Positions 1 to 9,247 of a stretch of DNA of 35,707 bases are shown piece after piece. Under the pieces are notes generated by a model that did no database searches, was not told the origin of the DNA, and saw only the letters and a program-made list of their open reading frames with translations. Position numbers and translations under genes: made by a program. The DNA comes from Candidatus Bathyarchaeia archaeon (GTDB taxonomy: Archaea; Thermoproteota; Bathyarchaeia; Bathyarchaeales; Bathycorpusculaceae). The stretch lies in contig JBEKXL010000023.1 of assembly GCA_049512075.1 (NCBI GenBank), positions 1 to 35,707 on the forward strand, in the 5' to 3' direction. Each line of letters starts with the position of its first letter. Position 1 is the first letter of the stretch.

Positions 1-95
1 GGGCAGAAGGATACTGCGCCAACACGGTAGGCGGACTAAACCTCGACGCCGTCAGAAAATACATACGAGAAGAACAACAAGAAGCCCTACCGTAG
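1..95 (+). CDS. tnpA: 3' end of IS200/IS605-family Y1 (HUH) transposase TnpA, partial (cut by window edge)
   Basis: Frame 3 reads AEGYCANTVGGLNLDAVRKYIREEQQEALP*, matching the TnpA C-terminal (W)xxGYxxxTVG...vrkYI pattern with the catalytic Tyr; stop TAG at 93-95. Confidence 0.85.
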   Translation, partial: AEGYCANTVGGLNLDAVRKYIREEQQEALP

Positions 96-126
96 AGCCC
101 CGGAGCTTGCTCCGGGGGAAACTACT
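96..126 (+). mobile_element. Right end of IS200-like element with subterminal hairpin
   Basis: Perfect 9-bp stem CCCCGGAGC-TT-GCTCCGGGG (98-117) right after the tnpA stop; near-identical hairpin at 35610-35627. Exact end not determined. Confidence 0.8.
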
Positions 127-456
127 TGGAGCCAAATATGACTTGTCAGTTTTGCATGTGCGGTAGCGCGGATGCATGGTCCCAGATTGGTATAAAACGG
201 TTTTTTATTCTACTCTTGCCCGTTTGCGTCTGACACGAGCTTGTTTGAGGTGCAAATCTTGCCCGGGCTGGCCTATCATGGGACTCCCCTCAAATCCTAC
301 AGGAAACGGGGTTTTCCCATACCCCCAAAAAAGGTAAATAAACACCATTTTCAACCATTCCAGGAACACGCATGCAGGCTACAGGTTTATCACTTCTGCG
401 CTCAGGCAACAACACAACACAGTTTTAATACTAACTTGGACTAACACGATATTGCG

Positions 457-939
457 GTGTCAATAATGGTTGACGTCAGAAAACTTTTGGAATACAATGA
501 GAACGTGAGACACAGATACTTCGAAACACTGGCCAGACTGTCTTGGGAAGAGTTCACCGAGAACAGGGAAGCGAGCTTTCACTCAATCAGGAACATATTT
601 GTCCATACTCTCAGCGCGATAGACTATTGGCTGGATTTCCTACAAAACGAAAACCTTCGTTCCAAGAGAAAATATGATGAATACGGAACCCTTGAGGAAG
701 TCAGAGCTTACATGGGACACGTTGAGAAACGAACGCATGAATACCTAGACCCATTGCGCACAGAAGGACTCAACAAGACCTACAGGGGCACGGACGATGA
801 TGGCAAGATTTATGAAGTCACAGCTGAAGACATATTGATCCACGTGTTCGAGGAGGAAGTTCATCACAGAGGCGAACTCATCGCACTTCTTTGGCAAATG
901 AACATTGAACCGCCGCCGATGGGATGGAAGAATCTTTAG
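457..939 (+). CDS. DinB/YfiT-family (DUF664-like) four-helix metalloprotein
   Basis: SIRNIFVH and HVFEEEVHHRGEL motifs typical of the DinB His triad; start may be ATG 466. Confidence 0.85.
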   Translation: MSIMVDVRKLLEYNENVRHRYFETLARLSWEEFTENREASFHSIRNIFVHTLSAIDYWLDFLQNENLRSKRKYDEYGTLEEVRAYMGHVEKRTHEYLDPLRTEGLNKTYRGTDDDGKIYEVTAEDILIHVFEEEVHHRGELIALLWQMNIEPPPMGWKNL

Positions 940-1091
940 CAACCCGCAAACATGATATCGCATGCAAGACGGAAAGACACGGGCAAAAGTTATTAGCAAG
1001 CGACCTGCTCTAGTTTTCTAGAAAAGTTCTGAAAAAACAAGCCATGCAGGAAAAAAATATGTTTATTCCCAAAATGAGGAGTGTAAACAAA

Positions 1092-1610
1092 GTGAAGACG
1101 AAATGGCTTCTTGCCACAACACTGGTCGTTTTCTTGGCTGCACTTGTAGCTACAACACAGATTCACGGCGCAAAGGCAGCAACCATCCGAAGCTTCACCC
1201 TGTACGGTGCCTACTTACAAGGGTGGGGTTTCACAGCAACCAGCATATCAAGTCCTGGCCCAACAATCGTGGTCGAACAAGGCGACACCATAAACCTGAC
1301 TTTGATAAGCAACGACGTTGGAATTACCCACAGGTTTTTCGTCAGCTACACAAATGCTTCATCGGCTAACTCGACCGAGCCACAATCCTCAGACTTTACA
1401 AATACCCTGAGCTATCAGTTCGTAGCCACAAACACTGTCGGAACATACACATATGGCTGTTATTACCACTATAGTCTGGGGATGAAGGGATACTTCCAAG
1501 TCGTGCCGACAGGTACAATCCCTGAATTCCAACCGTTGATAATGCTGTCAGTGCTCGTTGCAAGTTCTGCGGTAGCTGCTCTGGTTTACAGAAGAAAACG
1601 GCAAATCTAG
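1092..1610 (+). CDS. Secreted cupredoxin (blue-copper-like) protein with PEF-CTERM sorting signal
   Basis: N-terminal signal peptide from GTG 1092; PGPTIVVEQGDTINL; upstream His (THRF) and C-x2-H-x4-M (CYYHYSLGM) type-1 Cu ligands; C-terminal IPEF + transmembrane helix + RRKR. Confidence 0.8.
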   Translation: MKTKWLLATTLVVFLAALVATTQIHGAKAATIRSFTLYGAYLQGWGFTATSISSPGPTIVVEQGDTINLTLISNDVGITHRFFVSYTNASSANSTEPQSSDFTNTLSYQFVATNTVGTYTYGCYYHYSLGMKGYFQVVPTGTIPEFQPLIMLSVLVASSAVAALVYRRKRQI

Positions 1611-1617
1611 TCAGCCA

Positions 1618-1636
1618 TTTTTCTCTCCTTTTTTCT
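1618..1636 (+). terminator. Archaeal T-rich (oligo-pyrimidine) terminator
   Basis: TTTTTCTCTCCTTTTTTCT directly after the stop at 1610. Confidence 0.5.
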
Positions 1637-1799
1637 GAGGTCTATGTTGACTTTCGAATTGGCGCGCTTGGTCCGGAATTCCACAGACCGCTCGAAAAGA
1701 CGACGGACAGAGGGCTTGACGAGAATAGTAGTGCCGCAAGAAACACAAGAACATGAATCTATATACCAGTTGATCCGCTCTTGAAACCCCTTGGCGCCT

Positions 1800-3092
1800 T
1801 CAATATCTTCTTCTCAGCAGATACAAAACCGAGAGAGCAATAATGACGATTGTTGAAACAATCCATGATTCTATGGGCAGGGAGAACATCAGGATGACGC
1901 AGCTAGCCAGCCCGAGAGAGGGTATCAGAGGGAACAGCGGTGCCTTGAATGTTTTCAGATTTGGAATCTTTTTCCTCAGTCGTATTGCGGACGAGTGCAG
2001 TATTATGTGAGTGGTGAGCATTGAGAAGCTCGTTATTGCGACAGCTTGTCTCAGATCTGAGACGAATGCCAGGATGGCCATCAGTGCTCCCGTGATGAGG
2101 ATTGAGAGGTATGGTGTCCCGAGTTTTGTGTGGATTTTCGCCAAGGCTTTTGGGAACTGCCCGTTCCGTGCCATCGTGAAGGAGACTCTTGACAGACCTA
2201 GCAAGTTTGTTAGAAGCACGCTTACAGTGGCAACGAGAGCTCCAAAGGAAATTGTTGCGAACACGGCGTAGCTTCCAGTTGCTTTCGCTGCCTCAGCAAT
2301 GGGAGAGCTTGATATTCCGAGGCTTTGGTAGGGTACGAGGCCCGTTGCGACAAAGCCAGTCACAACGTACAGAATCATCGACGCGCCCAACGCGAGGAAT
2401 ATCGCCAGCGGCAACGTCCTCTTCGGGTTCTCCACCTCTTCGCCGAGTGCTGCGATTCTTCCGAAACCCAAGTACGCGAAGAAAATGAAGCCGGCACCCT
2501 GAAGGATTCCGAAAAAGCCGTTCGGAGCAAAATTAGAATAATATTGCGGGTTCACCTGAAAAGCTCCGACGACCACAAAAAAGCAGAGGATCAATATCTT
2601 TGTCACGACTAAAACGTTGTTAACCCTCGCGGAATGCTTAATCCCCCTGAGATTCAGAGTCGTCAAAGCCAACGCCGCTGAAACAGCGACAATGTTCACG
2701 GTTGAAACGGCAAATGAAAAGACAACGATTTTGGCAGGAAAGAAAGGAAATAACCCCACAAAGTAGCTCGCCAGTCCCAGGCATACGGCTGACCCGGCGA
2801 CGGTTTGTGCAAACAACCACATACAGCCCGAGATGAACGCTACGAAGGGATTAATCAGCTCATAGGCATATTGATATGTACCTCCTTCTTTCGGAATTGC
2901 CGAACTTAGCTCGGCAAAGCTGATCGCAGTGAACAGGGCGACCGTTCCCGCGATAATCATCGAGATGACAACGGCCGGCCCAGCATAGCCCACAGCAACA
3001 CCCAAGACGACGAATATCCCTGCACCGATTATTGCCCCGATGCCAATTGCCGTGGCGTCGAAGAAGTTCAGGGTTCTCTTTAACTCCACCAT
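1800..3092 (-). CDS. APC-superfamily amino acid permease
   Basis: LKRTL...IGAIIGAGIF, FAELSSAIPKEGG, GEEVENPKRTLP motifs; about 12 TM; start moved to ATG 3092. Confidence 0.92.
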   Translation of the reverse strand: MVELKRTLNFFDATAIGIGAIIGAGIFVVLGVAVGYAGPAVVISMIIAGTVALFTAISFAELSSAIPKEGGTYQYAYELINPFVAFISGCMWLFAQTVAGSAVCLGLASYFVGLFPFFPAKIVVFSFAVSTVNIVAVSAALALTTLNLRGIKHSARVNNVLVVTKILILCFFVVVGAFQVNPQYYSNFAPNGFFGILQGAGFIFFAYLGFGRIAALGEEVENPKRTLPLAIFLALGASMILYVVTGFVATGLVPYQSLGISSSPIAEAAKATGSYAVFATISFGALVATVSVLLTNLLGLSRVSFTMARNGQFPKALAKIHTKLGTPYLSILITGALMAILAFVSDLRQAVAITSFSMLTTHIILHSSAIRLRKKIPNLKTFKAPLFPLIPSLGLASCVILMFSLPIESWIVSTIVIIALSVLYLLRRRY

Positions 3093-3545
3093 TTTCCCCA
3101 AGCAAATCTGAAAACGGCTGTGCTTATAACACATTCTGTAACGAGCTTGGGTGAGGCCAGTTTCCTTCAGACTTTTTTCTTGGCGACTTTAGAATGGTTG
3201 AAATTAGCGCGTTATCCAGTTCCTGGCCGTCAAAACGGTGGAGGCTGAGAGCATGAGGACGTGTTTCGGGAGAAGCGCGTGAGAAAGTCGACCCCCCTAC
3301 TTTTTGTTCGTAATGTCAGATGTAATCTGTAATTAACTTATCCTCGCAGTTTATCTAGCATTAGCTGTTTAAGTGCAGTCCGCCTAGACAAAGAAAAAAA
3401 GATAGGGATAGTGCCCTAGAAGGGAAATAAAACAAAGCTAGTCTAAGGGATGTAGGGAGTTTCTCAGCCAAGAGGAAATAGATGTGAAGGCTCTGCTCAA
3501 AGCAATAGAAAGATTAAGTGAAAAGGCATAAGAAAGTATGCAAGT

Positions 3546-3887
3546 ATGACAGAGATTTCAATTGAGGACAGTAATCTTACGCTCAGGCGTGAGCGCTGGA
3601 AATCTATGCTTAAAGGCACTGCCATGACAAAGTCTGGCTATTACTCTAATACGGAAGACCTCATAACATTGTACTACCCTCCGCAAATAATTAGAAATGA
3701 CTGTGTTCTTACCTATGATAGCATAACCCATAAAGTGAAAATAGAATCATTGATAGATTCGGTGACCTCAACTCTAGAGCATGAGTACCTTCATGCCGTA
3801 CTCCGTAAAACAGTAGGAAAGGAGGTTTCAGGAGAATTGGACAACCCTTGGGTTATAGCGGCGCTTCGCTTAATTTTAGAGCTATAG
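3546..3887 (+). CDS. Hypothetical protein with HExxH zinc-metallopeptidase-like motif
   Basis: TLEHEYLHAVL; short ORF in AT-rich block. Confidence 0.55.
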   Translation: MTEISIEDSNLTLRRERWKSMLKGTAMTKSGYYSNTEDLITLYYPPQIIRNDCVLTYDSITHKVKIESLIDSVTSTLEHEYLHAVLRKTVGKEVSGELDNPWVIAALRLILEL

Positions 3888-4007
3888 GTAGCTACCTTAG
3901 TTTTTTGGAAAGAAGAGGAGAAGGCATTAATCTCCAAGTTTTCAGCAGCGCGCGCTATCAACATTATGTCGAAAGTGCAGAACGGAAACATTATCTCACT
4001 TTCTATC

Positions 4008-4679
4008 CTATACTTCATTTGTACTAAACTCTTGCTCACTCTGCAAATAGCCAATTCCATCAAAGTACCTCACAGAGACAGTGAAGTTATCCGACCTTGA
4101 GTTTCCAATCACAAGAATCGCAGGATTAGAAGTATATGAACCACCTATGATAGCAAGGGTTTCTGTATGAATAAACATCCCGATAGAGAAAGATGTTTCT
4201 CCCTTTTCTGGTATAGTAGTAATATTCACATTGCAGTATTTCGAAAGGTTAGAATATTCAACTACTGGAACCGTGTAAGGCGTTCCGTCTGAATAATGGT
4301 AAGTGACTGAGAGACCCATGCTTTCGACAATAGCATCCCGTGACCCTTCGTTTACTAGAGTTCCGTTTACCGTTAGGAAAACCCCATTAGCAACAAAAGC
4401 CCAATGCTGGTCAAATTGTGGATTTACTAATATACTCATGTTTGCTCTCATGTTGGCAACTTGCAATTCATATAGGGCTTGAGATAGGTTGTTTTGGGCT
4501 TGAATTAGTGAATTCTGGGCTTGAGATAGGGAATTTTGATGTGCATTAAGACTATATGTCGTAATGCCAAGAATGGTTGTCGATGCAATACTGAGAATTG
4601 AGATAAATATCAGGATTATGTCCTTGTTTTCCAAGAGATTCAACTCAAAAGACCGACTTTGCATCCTGCTTAAATCCAT
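4008..4679 (-). CDS. Membrane-anchored hypothetical surface protein (TM + coiled coil + beta-rich domain)
   Basis: N-terminal hydrophobic helix, heptad repeat NSLSQAQ/NSLIQAQ/NNLSQAL, LVNEGSRDA motif suggestive of an Ig-like fold. Confidence 0.7.
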   Translation of the reverse strand: MDLSRMQSRSFELNLLENKDIILIFISILSIASTTILGITTYSLNAHQNSLSQAQNSLIQAQNNLSQALYELQVANMRANMSILVNPQFDQHWAFVANGVFLTVNGTLVNEGSRDAIVESMGLSVTYHYSDGTPYTVPVVEYSNLSKYCNVNITTIPEKGETSFSIGMFIHTETLAIIGGSYTSNPAILVIGNSRSDNFTVSVRYFDGIGYLQSEQEFSTNEV

Positions 4680-4748
4680 TACTGTTATTGGTCACATAAA
4701 ATGTGCAGAATCGACTTATTATCAAGTTATCTTTACTGAGAACGTAAA

Positions 4749-4783
4749 GACAGAAATCTTTAATCGGCACAGCAACAGAAGAC
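4749..4783 (+). repeat. Repeat A copy 1 (promoter-like, no downstream ORF)
   Basis: GACAGAAATCTTTAATCGGCACAGCAACAGAAGAC, nearly identical to 6924-6955. Confidence 0.85.
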
Positions 4784-4821
4784 AAACTAAAGGACTAAAG
4801 AGGGAAACAGTTAGTCATTGT

Positions 4822-5718
4822 CTAACTAGCCATCACATCAACAACATGCCATTCTGACTTGAATTCTTTTTTGCCTCTTCGGAAGTATATCTCCAATAAC
4901 GCAAAGAAAGAGGCAACGGTTGCAGCAAAGACGTATTCTCTCTGAAGGTTAGAATAGTTGACAATAAGGTAGTAGAAGAAACTACATCCAATGAAGGAAG
5001 AGCAAATAGCCAATGCATGTTTTAGAACAACGTAGGTTCTGAACAGTCTAAGAACTGTTTGATGAATTCCTTCAGGCTGACCTGCCTTAACTGTAGTCTT
5101 CTCGTAGGTCGATTCACTTTTCAGCTTCTTGTTTATTACATCCAGCTTTGTAGGGTCTAAGCTGTAAATTGCAAGAGCAATTTCTTCCAGATGCTCTATC
5201 TTTATCGTTGAACCTCTTATTGCAGGAAGAACAGTCAGTTCTAGGTTCTTAAGAAATTCTCTAAGAATTTCGTTTGTTGGTTTGTACCATGAGATGTTAT
5301 TATCGAGGCTCAGCCCATTCAAAGCGGTGTAAGCTCTCCGCACATCCCAATACGCTTCGTTATAACCAATGTCTTCTTTTAGCTTTTCAAGTAGACCTAA
5401 TGCATGAGTGATTTTTCGGAATGCATAGTTTTCTGGTTCGAGTGGTTGAATCAAAGTCGGAATCCATGAAAGAAAGATGGCTAAACCACCGAAAAATATT
5501 ATTAGAAAATCAATGAGAACGAAGATAGAACCTTGTGGAAAATAATAGGCCATTACGAGGAAGAAAACTGCAAGTACGATGGTGACGAGAATTTTGATTT
5601 CTGTAATTCTCCTTGTATCTTTTGCTTCAATTTCAAGCCTAGCAAGTGCTGTTTCGATTTGCTGTCGTGATTCCTCTTCAGCTTTCATTTTTGTCATTCT
5701 GTAGTAGTGTTTTTTCAC
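4822..5718 (-). CDS. Hypothetical membrane protein (2 N-terminal + 2 C-terminal TM helices)
   Basis: 298-aa ORF with four hydrophobic segments; start uncertain. Confidence 0.7.
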   Translation of the reverse strand: MKKHYYRMTKMKAEEESRQQIETALARLEIEAKDTRRITEIKILVTIVLAVFFLVMAYYFPQGSIFVLIDFLIIFFGGLAIFLSWIPTLIQPLEPENYAFRKITHALGLLEKLKEDIGYNEAYWDVRRAYTALNGLSLDNNISWYKPTNEILREFLKNLELTVLPAIRGSTIKIEHLEEIALAIYSLDPTKLDVINKKLKSESTYEKTTVKAGQPEGIHQTVLRLFRTYVVLKHALAICSSFIGCSFFYYLIVNYSNLQREYVFAATVASFFALLEIYFRRGKKEFKSEWHVVDVMAS

Positions 5719-5785
5719 CTTAAAAATCTATATTTACTAAATAGTTAGACCATTAATGGAAACCCAAAAGCTTCACCGAAGCTTA

Positions 5786-5810
5786 GACAGAAATCTTAAA
5801 TCTGCACAGC
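5786..5810 (+). repeat. Repeat A copy 2, BRE-TATA promoter of the 5826 gene
   Basis: GACAGAAATCTTAAATCTGCACAGC; TTAAAT about 30 nt before ATG 5826. Confidence 0.85.
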
Positions 5811-5825
5811 TAGAGATAGCTAAAC

Positions 5826-6218
5826 ATGGAAAAAGAAGAAAAAGACAAACGTCTTGCAGATTTTTATAGAGAGTTCATATTATTTTTTGCAGTACTATTT
5901 TTTACCTGTATGATTGGCATAATAACACTTCTTCCAGAACTTGAAAATACTAATGGGTTACTTAACTGGGGTTGGCTATCCATATCAGTTTTATATTTTG
6001 GGTTACTTCTAGGCATTGGCTACAGTTTGCATAAATGTTTCTACCTCTACAAACTAAACAAAATTTTTGGGGGAGAATTTGGTTTCAACTATCCTGAACT
6101 TGAAGGTTTGGTTAAGAAGATTTTCAAGAAAACAGAATATTTAGATGGGTTCTTAATTGTTGGAATCACTTTCGTTTTCATAATATTATATCTAGTCAAA
6201 CTCGGAGTATTGCACTAG
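5826..6218 (+). CDS. Hypothetical membrane protein (3 TM)
   Basis: 130-aa ORF with three hydrophobic helices, preceded by repeat A. Confidence 0.7.
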   Translation: MEKEEKDKRLADFYREFILFFAVLFFTCMIGIITLLPELENTNGLLNWGWLSISVLYFGLLLGIGYSLHKCFYLYKLNKIFGGEFGFNYPELEGLVKKIFKKTEYLDGFLIVGITFVFIILYLVKLGVLH

Positions 6219-6250
6219 AACTTAAACCCCAACCCAATCCGTGCATACGC

Positions 6251-6286
6251 TTTATATCTACACGGCAACAGAAGACGAACTAGGGG
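6251..6286 (+). repeat. Repeat A copy 3 (partial), promoter of the 6295 gene
   Basis: TTTATATCTACACGGCAACAGAAGACGAACTAGGGG. Confidence 0.7.
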
Positions 6287-6294
6287 ATTCAAGA

Positions 6295-6882
6295 ATGAGT
6301 GAAACGCAGTCTAGCGTAACTAAACCAAAGAAAATGGTTAGTAGAAATGTTGCTATTGCACTTGGAATAATCTTTATTGTTGTGATAGCTGGTCTAGCTG
6401 TAGCATTTGCATATTACATAAATGACAAGAACAACACGATTACTTCATTGAACATTCGAATATCAAGCAAAGATTCTCAGATTTCTCAACTGAACTCAAA
6501 CGTCACAAATCTTCAAAACCAACTGAACGACCTTAACAGTACCGTCAACGACCTTAACAAGGTGGTCAACTTTGAAAAAACTCAGTATTGGGAAGGGGGA
6601 GAGCAGATATATTACAACGCGAGTTCTTACCACGAATGGGGCTCAAACGCAGATTATGCAGGATACCTTGAAGTTGATGTCCAATCGAATGCAACTAGCA
6701 CCTACGTACAAGTCGCTTACTACTCATACGGCGTCCACTATGACAATCAAATAGTTGTGGGTGCAGGTAACACGCGAACATATTTTCCGATTCTTCCCGC
6801 TCTTACAGTCACAACTAAAGTGGGCAATACAAACTTGTTCGATGGAGCACTTATTGGGGTGACTATAATATATCACTACTAA
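6295..6882 (+). CDS. Membrane-anchored coiled-coil surface protein, paralog 1
   Basis: MVSRNVAIALGII TM anchor, N/Q-rich coiled coil, beta-rich C-terminal domain; start moved to ATG 6295 by alignment with the 6977 paralog. Confidence 0.8.
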   Translation: MSETQSSVTKPKKMVSRNVAIALGIIFIVVIAGLAVAFAYYINDKNNTITSLNIRISSKDSQISQLNSNVTNLQNQLNDLNSTVNDLNKVVNFEKTQYWEGGEQIYYNASSYHEWGSNADYAGYLEVDVQSNATSTYVQVAYYSYGVHYDNQIVVGAGNTRTYFPILPALTVTTKVGNTNLFDGALIGVTIIYHY

Positions 6883-6898
6883 ATCCTATTCTTTTTTT

Positions 6899-6955
6899 AG
6901 TTTAAGCCATGCCGTACAAAGAAGACAGAAATCTTAAATCTGCACAGCAACAGAA
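6899..6955 (+). repeat. Repeat B (TTTAAGCC core 6901-6908) followed by repeat A copy 4 (6924-6955)
   Basis: AGTTTAAGCCATGCCGTACA also at 7626-7645; GACAGAAATCTTAAATCTGCACAGCAACAGAAG follows. Confidence 0.85.
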
Positions 6956-6976
6956 GGACAAGATAGGGGTTTTAAA

Positions 6977-7609
6977 ATGAGTGAAGCACAACCAAACGGA
7001 ACCAAATCAAAGAGGATGGTTAGCAGAAATGTTGCTATTGCACTTGGGATAATTTGCGTTATCTTAGTGGTTGGCTTAGGCGTGGCAGTGGTATACTACA
7101 CATCAACAATAGGTTCGGTAACAAGCGATAAAGACAGTACTATTGCAAGCAAAGATAATCAGATAGCTTCCTTGAACAATCAGATACTTCACAAGAACTA
7201 CACGATTTGGGAACAAAACAACACGATTTCTTCATTAGAAACCCAACTGGCAACCCTGCAAGAACAAACCAAAGACATCCACATATTGGGCACAGGAAAC
7301 TCTCCATACTTTTTCGTAATTAATTTTACTGCATTTGTGGAAGCTGGGCCACCCCCCACATTCGCAGATTCATTTGTCGCTAATGCGTCTTCTGGATATG
7401 TTGTGGTCTGGGTTTCATCGAACAATAACTCAACATATGTTAGTGTCGCCCCACCTGTGAATGCTACAGATTCTTATTATCAAACAATCAATGTCGGTTC
7501 CGAAGGAATAGCAATCTTTCCAATTCCAGTAGCTCCCTTTGTCGATGTCGAGGTCGGTGTTTCTTCAGGCACGGGCACAGTCACATGGACAGCAATGTAC
7601 CTCCATTAG
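6977..7609 (+). CDS. Membrane-anchored coiled-coil surface protein, paralog 2
   Basis: Shares MVSRNVAIALGII, SKDxQI, GY..V.V.SN..STYV.V and FPI motifs with paralog 1. Confidence 0.8.
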   Translation: MSEAQPNGTKSKRMVSRNVAIALGIICVILVVGLGVAVVYYTSTIGSVTSDKDSTIASKDNQIASLNNQILHKNYTIWEQNNTISSLETQLATLQEQTKDIHILGTGNSPYFFVINFTAFVEAGPPPTFADSFVANASSGYVVVWVSSNNNSTYVSVAPPVNATDSYYQTINVGSEGIAIFPIPVAPFVDVEVGVSSGTGTVTWTAMYLH

Positions 7610-7732
7610 AACCCACTCTTTTTCCAGTTTAAGCCATGCAGTACAGAAGGCTCTAGTCAAGCTGAAAGCGGAATATGAGAAAGGGAAAACTTAGACTAAT
7701 AGAAAAAAGAAAGCAAGCGCGCGCTCTGGAGA

Positions 7733-7757
7733 AAAGACCGGGCACATCCCGGTTTTT
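7733..7757. terminator. Hairpin flanked by A/T runs between convergent units
   Basis: AAAGACCGGG-CACAT-CCCGGTTTTT. Confidence 0.4.
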
Positions 7758-7996
7758 AAGGAATATCGTGAGCCATGTCGCAGCAGCCAAAAACGTCTGT
7801 GCAGATGATGAATTAACGACGATTAATCTTTAGGTTCCGCCAATCTGCCCACAAAGGTGGCTAAGTTTGGCTGGGGAAGATCTTAACAATCTTTGGGTTC
7901 TGATATCAGGCATGTTGGTCTTTATTTGACGAGCGCGCGCGCTGTCGTCTCGCGTTGCAGGCTTCCGGATTTCCTTCGGGTTGAGAATGAGAGGTT

Positions 7997-9247
7997 TTAC
8001 GAAGCTGTGTCTGCGGAAGAGTAGGCTTCTTCCCCAGATTGGCTTAAGTCAAGCCCCTGTTCCTCTTCTTCTGGTGTTACTCTCAGCCTAGAGAACCTGT
8101 TGACGATTTTTAGGAGCACGAACGATACGGTGAAGGCAAACGCTATGACTGCCAAGACAGCTTCTATCTGGATAAGAAGCTGGTTCGGATTTCCATAGAA
8201 CAGCCCATTCGCGCCAGCAGAGTTCACTGTAATCGTTGCAAACAGTCCAGTTGCTATTGAGCCCCATATTCCGCTTACGCCGTGGCATGCAAAAACGTCG
8301 AGTGTATCATCCAGACGTGTGCGCGCTCGCCATGTCGAGACTAAGTTTGATAGGACCCCTGCGACCAGACCTATGACGATGGCTGAGGCAGGAGTGACAA
8401 AACCCGAAGCAGGCGTGATTCCTACGAGTCCGCAGACGGCGCCGATTGCAATCCCCGTTGCAGAGGGTTTGCCCTTCACCAGCGTATCCACGATCATCCA
8501 GCTGACTGCGGCGGCTGATGCTGACAAGTTAGTTACCACAAAGGCGCTCACGGCAAGTGGGCTTGCAGACAGGGCACTGCCCGCGTTGAAACCGAACCAT
8601 CCGAACCACAATAGCGCTGCTCCCAAAATCACGTATGGGACATTGTTTGGTTTTCCCTCTATTTTCTCGCGCTTAATTCTCGGTCCCACGACGATGGCTG
8701 CGGCCAGAGCGGTAACTCCGGCGGTTATGTGTACCACTGTGCCACCTGCAAAGTCAATAGCTCCCAAAGTCTTGATCCAGCCAGCAGGATTCCAAACCCA
8801 GTGCGCGACTGGCGCGTAAACAAAGGTTGACCACAGTACGATGAAGATGAGCAGTGAACGAAACTTTATTCTTTCAGCGAACGCTCCAACGATCAGCGCT
8901 GGCGCAATAGCCGCGAACATCAGTTCAAAAGCATAATAGAGCAGTTCCGTGATTCCAGGCGCATTATACTGCACGGGAAGAACTGTCGTCACGCCAACAT
9001 TGTTCAACAGCGCTTTGTCTAGGTTTCCAATGTATCCGCCCATAGATGTACTGAAGGCAAGGCTGTAGCCCCAAAGGGTCCACACCAAACCCACGACGGC
9101 GAAGATTGCAAAGCATTGCATTATCGTGTTGGAAAGGTTCTTTTTTCTAACAAGGCCCCCGTAGAAGAATCCCAAGGCAGGCGTCATAAGCATGACGAGC
9201 CCAGTAGCCATCAACACCCACGACGTATCTCCCGCGTTTACCGACAT
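7997..9247 (-). CDS. amtB: Ammonium transporter (Amt family)
   Basis: LVMLMTPALGFFYGG, DFAGGTVVH, LWFGWFGFNAGS, DDTLDVFACHG; start ATG 9247 after GGAAGGA, TATA at about 9307-9316. Confidence 0.96.
   Translation of the reverse strand: MSVNAGDTSWVLMATGLVMLMTPALGFFYGGLVRKKNLSNTIMQCFAIFAVVGLVWTLWGYSLAFSTSMGGYIGNLDKALLNNVGVTTVLPVQYNAPGITELLYYAFELMFAAIAPALIVGAFAERIKFRSLLIFIVLWSTFVYAPVAHWVWNPAGWIKTLGAIDFAGGTVVHITAGVTALAAAIVVGPRIKREKIEGKPNNVPYVILGAALLWFGWFGFNAGSALSASPLAVSAFVVTNLSASAAAVSWMIVDTLVKGKPSATGIAIGAVCGLVGITPASGFVTPASAIVIGLVAGVLSNLVSTWRARTRLDDTLDVFACHGVSGIWGSIATGLFATITVNSAGANGLFYGNPNQLLIQIEAVLAVIAFAFTVSFVLLKIVNRFSRLRVTPEEEEQGLDLSQSGEEAYSSADTAS

Noticed and set aside
215-280. tRNA-like GGTGCAAATC near 249-258
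   Set aside because: No paired T-stem, anticodon arm or acceptor stem could be built.
241-444. 67-aa ORF
   Set aside because: No recognisable motif, and it overlaps the likely promoter of the DinB gene.
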